From the NCBI GenBank assembly GCA_964623635.1, contig CAZUUA010000005.1, positions 3,975 to 67,974 on the forward strand: 64,000 nt of DNA, written 5' to 3'. This document shows, one piece after another, positions 58,597-64,000 of the stretch; position 1 is the stretch's first letter; each line of letters starts with the position of its first letter. This DNA comes from an uncultured Ruminococcus sp. (GTDB lineage: Bacteria > Bacillota > Clostridia > Oscillospirales > CAG-272). The translations under genes and the position numbers were made by a program. The notes beneath the pieces were generated by a model that was not told the origin of the DNA, searched no databases, and saw only the letters and a program-made list of their open reading frames with translations.

Positions 58597-59477
58597 AGCA
58601 CCGTCACCCGATAGCCCACCGTATGGGATTCCCCAGGCTGCAGCGTCCGGGCATACTTTTTGCTCTTGGCATCGGTGGTCTCATCCGACGATGCAGGCAG
58701 ACCATTCCACGGTTCCAAGCACAGGAAGGGCGAATGCTCATCCGGTTCGCTCATGGTCCAAAGCCCCAGCGCAGACAGGCCGGTGAAGTCGAAATCCACG
58801 CCGTGGCCGGTCTTTTTGTGGATCAGCTGCACGTGTGCATCCGGCAGATCCTGCACGATCAGGGTGTCGCCGGCAAAGGTCTCGTAGGACAGGTCTAAGG
58901 TGTTGTCGTGGATCTTATCCAGGTGCGGCAGATCCGGTGCCATCAGGCCGTTGTCGGTACCGGTAACGTAGGCGCCTTTGGCATTGCGGAACACCAGCTT
59001 GTAGTCCGAAAAATCGTCGCCGGGGAACATGGGGCAGCGGAAGCCGGGGTGACCACCGATGCAATAGGTCATGGGCTTTCTATCCCGGTTGGTCACGGTG
59101 AAGGAAGCGGAAAAACCACCCTCGGTCACGGCATATTCCACCATCAACCGAAAACGGAACGGGAACATGGTCAGGGTCTCTTCGTCCTCACAAAGTGCAA
59201 GCTGTACTCTGGCCGGGGTCTGCAAAATGGGTGTGAACTCCTTTTCGATGGCAAAGCCGTGTTTGGGCATGGGATATTCTACCCCGCCGTGTGCCATCTT
59301 CAGATCCTTTGGCGTACAAACCACCGGAAACAGGATCGGTGCGTGTCTGTCCCAGAACTGGGGATCTCCGTTCCACAGGTATTCTACACCTTTGTAGCGA
59401 AAGGACAGCATCTCTCCGCCATATGTAGACAGGCAGGCCGAAGTGTCCCGGTTTTCTATGGTAAACTGCATGGTCAT
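58593..59477 (-). CDS. Aldose 1-epimerase family protein (mutarotase-like)
   Basis: GGEMLSFRYKGVEYLW...ILFPVV and GGHPGF patterns. 4-nt overlap with rsmA. Confidence 0.7.
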   Translation of the reverse strand: MTMQFTIENRDTSACLSTYGGEMLSFRYKGVEYLWNGDPQFWDRHAPILFPVVCTPKDLKMAHGGVEYPMPKHGFAIEKEFTPILQTPARVQLALCEDEETLTMFPFRFRLMVEYAVTEGGFSASFTVTNRDRKPMTYCIGGHPGFRCPMFPGDDFSDYKLVFRNAKGAYVTGTDNGLMAPDLPHLDKIHDNTLDLSYETFAGDTLIVQDLPDAHVQLIHKKTGHGVDFDFTGLSALGLWTMSEPDEHSPFLCLEPWNGLPASSDETTDAKSKKYARTLQPGESHTVGYRVTVL

Positions 59478-59489
59478 ACCTCACATTTG

Positions 59490-59550
59490 AAATAAAAAGT
59501 AAGAGATAAGAGGTAAGATGGGATTCTTACGGCGTTCTTATCTCTTACTT
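59490..59550 (-). terminator. Strong intrinsic terminator after glyQS
   Basis: A perfect 15-bp stem, AAGTAAGAGATAAGA / TCTTATCTCTTACTT, with a nested GTAAGA/TCTTAC helix. On the minus strand it is followed by TTTTTATTT. Confidence 0.85.
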
Positions 59551-59561
59551 TGGATGCTCTA

Positions 59562-60971
59562 TTAGAAATCGATCCGGGCAGCGATGTAGGCTTCTACCGC
59601 ATCGATGGGCATACGAACCTGCTCCATGGTATCTCTGTCACGCACGGTCACGCAGCCGTCTTCTTCGGATTCAAAGTCGTAGCAGATGCAGAAGGGCGTA
59701 CCGATCTCATCCTGTCTGCGGTATCTCTTGCCGATGGAACCGGCGTCATCAAAGTCCACGTTGAACTTCTTCACCAGGTTGGCGAATACCTTTTCTTCGG
59801 CAGCGTCAGACAGCTTCTTGGACAGAGGCAGTACGGCAGCCTTTACGGGAGCCAGAGCCGGGTGCAGATGCAGGACCACACGCACATCGTTCTTTTCGGC
59901 GTCTACCACTTCTTCGTCATAGGCTTCTACCAGGAAGGCCAGTGCCACACGGTCTGCGCCCAGAGACGGTTCTACCACGTAGGGAATGAACTTTTCGCCG
60001 GTTTCCTGATCGAAGAATTCCATGGACTCGCCACTGGTGTTCTGGTGCTGGGTCAGGTCGTAGTCGGTTCTGTCGGCAATACCCCACAGCTCACCCCAGC
60101 CAAACGGGAACAGGAACTCGATGTCGGTGGTACCCTTGGAGTAGAAGCACAGCTCTTCCGGAGAGTGGTCACGGAGACGCAGGTCTTCTTCCCGCATACC
60201 CAGGTCATACAGCCACTGGGCGCAGAAGCCTCTCCAATACTGGAACCATTCCATATCGGTGCCGGGCTTGCAGAAGAATTCCAGCTCCATCTGTTCGAAT
60301 TCACGGGTACGGAACACGAAGTTACCGGGCGTGATCTCGTTCCGGAAGGACTTACCGATCTGGCCTACACCAAAGGGCATCTTCTTCCGGGTAGAACGAG
60401 CCACATTCTTAAAGTTTACAAAGATACCCTGTGCGGTCTCCGGACGGAGGTACACGGTGTTGGAGGAATCTTCGGTAACGCCGATGAAGGTCTTGAACAT
60501 CAGGTTGAACTTCCGGATGCTGGTGAAGTCAGCGCTGCCGCAGTCCGGGCAAACGATGTGCTTTTCCTTGATGAAGTTGTACATTTCTTCATCGGACCAG
60601 CCGGCCGGGTTGATGTCTTCCTTATTCTGGAAGGCGTAGTCTTCGATGAGCTTGTCGGCTCTGTGACGGCTCTTGCACACCTTGCAGTCCATCAGGGGGT
60701 CAGAGAAACCGCCCAGGTGACCGGATGCCACCCACGTCTGGGGATTCATAATGATGGCAGAGTCCAGACCTACGTTGTACTTGCATTCGGTGACGAACTT
60801 CTTCCACCATGCCTTTTTTACGTTGTTCTTGAATTCCACACCCAGCGGGCCGTAGTCCCAGGAGTTGGACAGACCGCCGTAGATCTCGGAGCCTGCAAAG
60901 ATAAAGCCTCTGTTCTTACACAGCGCAACGATCTTATCCATCGTCTTATCTGCATTGTTCATTCTTGCCAT
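59562..60971 (-). CDS. glyQS: Glycine--tRNA ligase (alpha2 homodimeric type)
   Basis: [27 protein letters not shown]-terminus and class II aaRS motifs. 469 aa. Confidence 0.95.
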   Translation of the reverse strand: MARMNNADKTMDKIVALCKNRGFIFAGSEIYGGLSNSWDYGPLGVEFKNNVKKAWWKKFVTECKYNVGLDSAIIMNPQTWVASGHLGGFSDPLMDCKVCKSRHRADKLIEDYAFQNKEDINPAGWSDEEMYNFIKEKHIVCPDCGSADFTSIRKFNLMFKTFIGVTEDSSNTVYLRPETAQGIFVNFKNVARSTRKKMPFGVGQIGKSFRNEITPGNFVFRTREFEQMELEFFCKPGTDMEWFQYWRGFCAQWLYDLGMREEDLRLRDHSPEELCFYSKGTTDIEFLFPFGWGELWGIADRTDYDLTQHQNTSGESMEFFDQETGEKFIPYVVEPSLGADRVALAFLVEAYDEEVVDAEKNDVRVVLHLHPALAPVKAAVLPLSKKLSDAAEEKVFANLVKKFNVDFDDAGSIGKRYRRQDEIGTPFCICYDFESEEDGCVTVRDRDTMEQVRMPIDAVEAYIAARIDF

Positions 60972-61020
60972 GATGGTGTTTCCTTTCGATATATAGGGAT
61001 TTTGTTTTTCTGTATTGGAT

Positions 61021-62250
61021 TCACTGCCCTGCTTCCGTTTCCTCGGCTTTCACCGGGTAGCGATAGGGTAGAAAGGTCTTGATGGCGGTCTTGATATTGG
61101 GATTGAAATAGGCATCTACGTTTTCCGTAGCGGTCACATAGCTGCCGGGATAAGCGATCACTTCCACGGTGAAATCCTTTGCCGCATGGAGCAGCTCATA
61201 CACGGTGTCCACGTCGTCTACGGTGAAGTTGGATTCCAGGATGGGTGTTGCCGGTTCGGTACGCACGGTGCCGTCGGACAGCCAGGTCTTGGTGGCGCTT
61301 TCCGCTTTCGACAGGATGAGCAGTCCTTCCATGGTGGAGCGGAACTCAGCACTGTCCATATCGCAGAGCTTTGCCATATAGGACTGGGCGATGCTGACCG
61401 AATAGTTGCCTTTGGCTTCGATATCCGGGCTGGAACGCTCCTTCATGGTGTTCATGATGTTGGAAGCGTATTGGTTGAATTCCAGGGAACCGGCAGACAG
61501 CACCAGCGAATTCTCGTAGTGATCCACCACTTCTTCGCCTTGCTCGTTGGTACGGCTACGTGTGTTTTCCGAACGGGTGGTATGGATGTTGCCCTCGGCG
61601 TAGATATCCTTGGGATTGTTCACCCAGACCGTACCCAGCAGGGACAAAAATTCGTCAAAGTTGTAGCCGTCCAGCAGGAAGGTGTAATCCACGGCGATAC
61701 CGGTCAGGGACGTGACGTATTCGCCGATGCGCTGGTAGCCGTAGTATTCGTACACTTCCCCAAGCGTATGGTAGCCAGTGGAGGTGAACACTCTGGTCTC
61801 CGGGGTGATGTAGGTGTAAGTGACCTGCCGCCGCTCCTTGTCCATACGGATCAGCACGATGGAGGTGGCACGCTTTTCACGATAGGCTTTGGAAAGAATG
61901 CCGTAGGAATCCGATGCGGTCTGGAAGGAGTTGATCTGGCCTCTCAGAGTGTCCACAGCCGGTGTGTAGTCGTCAAACAGATCGGGACGATAGCTGGACG
62001 CGACCACCACAAAGGAGAAGCTGTCTCCCGGAATCTCGTCTTCTATAGGCTGGTCTATCGCCGGAGTTTCCTCGGTGCCATCGGACTGGGCGGTCTCATG
62101 GGTCTTGATGCTTTCCAGTGCGGCGTCCTCATCGTCCAAAATATCGCCGACGGTGGCCGTAACAAACTGGGTAGCAAAATAGGCAATGACGCCAAATATC
62201 GCAGCAGCGATCAGCAGCGTGACAAAAAAGTTCTTAAATGCGGATAACAT
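61021..62250 (-). CDS. Membrane-anchored extracytoplasmic protein, divergent LCP-like
   Basis: One N-terminal TM helix ([18 protein letters not shown]), an acidic linker, and then a region loosely resembling the LCP core ([19 protein letters not shown]). Start refined to ATG 62250, which follows GGGAGA. Confidence 0.45.
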   Translation of the reverse strand: MLSAFKNFFVTLLIAAAIFGVIAYFATQFVTATVGDILDDEDAALESIKTHETAQSDGTEETPAIDQPIEDEIPGDSFSFVVVASSYRPDLFDDYTPAVDTLRGQINSFQTASDSYGILSKAYREKRATSIVLIRMDKERRQVTYTYITPETRVFTSTGYHTLGEVYEYYGYQRIGEYVTSLTGIAVDYTFLLDGYNFDEFLSLLGTVWVNNPKDIYAEGNIHTTRSENTRSRTNEQGEEVVDHYENSLVLSAGSLEFNQYASNIMNTMKERSSPDIEAKGNYSVSIAQSYMAKLCDMDSAEFRSTMEGLLILSKAESATKTWLSDGTVRTEPATPILESNFTVDDVDTVYELLHAAKDFTVEVIAYPGSYVTATENVDAYFNPNIKTAIKTFLPYRYPVKAEETEAGQ

Positions 62251-62328
62251 GGGTACTCTCCCATCTGCCTCGTCGTTCTTTGCTGCAGTAAAATACCGCA
62301 AAATAGAATACGGGAAATTATACCTTAT

Positions 62329-62357
62329 ATTATACAGGAAAAGCTATGAAATTTCAA
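62329..62357 (-). promoter_or_regulatory. Sigma70 promoter for the 61021 gene and glyQS
   Basis: The reverse strand reads TTGAAA-N17-TATAAT. Confidence 0.55.
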
Positions 62358-62412
62358 TAGGCAGACTGAAAATAGTCTGTGACAGAATTATAGATTCTTT
62401 TGTTCTCTACGA

Positions 62413-62436
62413 CAAAAAAGAGCGTATGCACGCTCC
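62413..62436 (-). terminator. Intrinsic terminator after the P-loop kinase-like gene
   Basis: Reverse strand: GAGCGT-GCAT-ACGCTC followed by TTTTTTG. Confidence 0.7.
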
Positions 62437-62450
62437 TTTTGTATATGGGA

Positions 62451-63527
62451 TCAGGATTCATTTTGGATCACGTACCGGCAGCGCTCTGCCACGTGCTTTT
62501 CCCGGAAATACCGGTTCTCCATGGGGATCCAGATATTGCGGAACTTCTCTGCCATTTTTGCACCGTTTCGTTGGGTGATCCGCTGCATTTGCTCTGCCGG
62601 TGTCACGTGTAAAAATACGGTCACATCGGCATAGCGGCCAAACTGTGGGTGCATAGCATAGGAGCCTTCCACGATCCGCACCGGACACACGGGCACCGCT
62701 TGGGTCGTGGTGACCGCCATCCGGGAGCAGTCGAACACACCGTAGGAGAATGCTTCTCCCGTCTGCAGACCCGGCAGCACCTCTGTGGCGAAACGCTCGT
62801 AATCCACGTTGCCACCAGCCTCGGCCAATCGTGCAGCCGTGCGTTTTTCCGGCGGCAGAAAGAAGTCGTCCATGGAGATTGCCGTGCCGCTTGTCAAACC
62901 TGCCAAAAGCGATGCCAGTGTACTTTTCCCGGCGCCTGCCATACCATCAATGGCCACCACCGCACGTCCTTTCTTCGCCAGGAAGCGGTATATGGCACCG
63001 ATGGGAGCAAGGTACGGTACGAACTCTCGACGCACGATCCGATACGCCGGGTGGTACGCCTGTCTGTAGGTCTCGCTATGGCTGACCATGGGCATACCAC
63101 AGGCTTCGTAGGTCCGCAGGTAATCTTCCAGCTCTGCAGCGGAAAAGGGCAGGTAGCCGTCTGTGCAGCCTTTGCGCAGTGCATCCAGTGTCTTTTGAAA
63201 ATCGTCCTTGTTGCCGTGTACCATATCGGCGGAGCGGCAGAACAGTGCATTCACAGCTTCCAAGGGCAGGACATCGGGATCCAGTGCCGCCAAATGCAGC
63301 CGCACCAGACCACCGCCGATCTCCTCGATAAGAGGCGTATCGGTTTGTCCGGCCTCCTTCGGCAGCGCTTTGTATTCGCTTACTAGCCTTGTACACGCTG
63401 CTTTTGGATCCGGGATCATATGCCCGCCGCCGAACACGCTCTGGTACGCCAGCTTTACCGCATCCTGAGGTGTCATTTGCCGATACCGCCGGGCATGGAT
63501 GCGCAGGATCCGCAGGAAATCTTCCAT
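62451..63527 (-). CDS. Two-domain protein: an uncharacterised N-terminal domain plus a uridine kinase/PRK-like P-loop NTPase
   Basis: Walker A AIDGMAGAGKSTLA in the middle of the protein. Start refined to ATG 63527 (MEDFLRIL), which follows AGGAG. Confidence 0.6.
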   Translation of the reverse strand: MEDFLRILRIHARRYRQMTPQDAVKLAYQSVFGGGHMIPDPKAACTRLVSEYKALPKEAGQTDTPLIEEIGGGLVRLHLAALDPDVLPLEAVNALFCRSADMVHGNKDDFQKTLDALRKGCTDGYLPFSAAELEDYLRTYEACGMPMVSHSETYRQAYHPAYRIVRREFVPYLAPIGAIYRFLAKKGRAVVAIDGMAGAGKSTLASLLAGLTSGTAISMDDFFLPPEKRTAARLAEAGGNVDYERFATEVLPGLQTGEAFSYGVFDCSRMAVTTTQAVPVCPVRIVEGSYAMHPQFGRYADVTVFLHVTPAEQMQRITQRNGAKMAEKFRNIWIPMENRYFREKHVAERCRYVIQNES

Positions 63528-63577
63528 AGTTACTCCTAATGTTTCGGGATCGTGTACACCCAAGGGGTCGATCCGTT

Positions 63578-64000
63578 TTACTTTGTGGTCTGTGCTTCTA
63601 CCAGCCGCTTGCCGCAGTAGATCTCCCGCAGCTTGGGCTTTTCGATCTTGCCGGTGGGGTTCCGGGGCACGTCAGCGAAAATGATCCTCCGGGGTCTCTT
63701 GTACCGCGGCAGCTCATGGCAGAAGGCTTCGATCTCTTCCTCCGTGCAGGTCATATCGGGCTTGATCTCGATGATGGCGGCAGCGATCTCACCCAGACGA
63801 TCATCCGGCAGACCGATGACAGCGCAGTCCTTGATCTTGTCGTGCTTCCGGAGAAAATCTTCGATCTGCACCGGGTACAGGTTTTCGCCGCCGGTGATGA
63901 TCACGTCCTTCTTCCGGTCCACCAGGTAGATGAAGCCGTCTGCGTCACGCTTAGCCATGTCGCCGGTGTACAGCCAACCGTCCCTCAGAATTTCGGCGGT
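63578..64000 (-). CDS. AMP-dependent acyl-CoA synthetase/ligase, C-terminal part; the gene continues beyond the right edge
   Basis: GWLYTGDMAKRDADGFIYLVDRKKDVIITGGENLYP and PRNPTGKIEKPKLRE are ANL superfamily motifs. The frame is open to position 64000. Confidence 0.85.
   Translation of the reverse strand, partial: TAEILRDGWLYTGDMAKRDADGFIYLVDRKKDVIITGGENLYPVQIEDFLRKHDKIKDCAVIGLPDDRLGEIAAAIIEIKPDMTCTEEEIEAFCHELPRYKRPRRIIFADVPRNPTGKIEKPKLREIYCGKRLVEAQTTK

Noticed and set aside
59550-61082. 510-aa plus-strand ORF opposite glyQS. Similar long antisense ORFs occur at 8407..9597, 23167..24045, 29582..31021, 55698..57212 and 61186..62247.
   Set aside because: All are mirror frames of confidently identified genes. 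None has a Shine-Dalgarno sequence or a family signature. They reflect codon bias, not coding.

Overview
This 64 kb window looks like a Clostridia chromosome, probably Oscillospiraceae/Ruminococcaceae-like, from a spore former (sigK and dpaAB are present). By eye it is about 55-60% GC. Gene calls rest on signature motifs I recognised in the supplied translations. Many ORF-track starts were trimmed to the first ATG with a Shine-Dalgarno sequence.

Contents:
- Left edge (1..5.7 kb): the 5-prime half of a type I-E cas operon on the minus strand (cas3, cse1/casA, cse2/casB, start of cas7/casC). It is visibly AT-richer than the rest. The remaining cas genes and any CRISPR array must lie left of the window.
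- 12.5-37.4 kb: an almost unbroken minus-strand housekeeping block. In transcription order: infC-rpmI-rplT, trmH-like, dprA, topA, trmFO, plsX, rnc, a radical SAM gene, smc, ftsY, rdgB, yhbY, nadD, yqeK, LCP, a lipoprotein, a T-box leader, rsfS, leuS, rpsU. guaB and cysK are on the plus strand at its left end.
- Accessory-looking parts: a TIM-barrel / Gfo-Idh-MocA / TIM-barrel sugar trio; an LRR protein with a C-terminal dockerin; a YtrA-like GntR + ABC ATPase + 812-aa permease operon; scattered glycan genes (GH29 fucosidase, glutaminase-like DUF4965 protein, alpha/beta hydrolase, GH39-like hydrolase, mutarotase-like protein); a MATE pump.
- RNA and regulatory elements: tRNA-Val(CAC), tRNA-Leu(CAG), a T-box leader, an L20-type infC leader with an ATT start codon, and many near-perfect TTGACA-N17-TATAAT promoters and intrinsic terminators.
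- I saw no rRNA, no CRISPR array, and no transposase or integrase.

I found no unambiguous novel system. The best candidates for follow-up are:
1. The oxidoreductase/TIM-barrel trio, as a possible oxidative deglycosylation module.
2. The GntR-ABC-giant permease operon.
3. A protein with a maturase-like N-terminus but no radical SAM cysteines, next to yajC.
4. The 25-nt hairpin repeat array seeded from the cysK 3-prime end.
5. The palindromic 15-bp in-frame repeats in an unusually long DprA.
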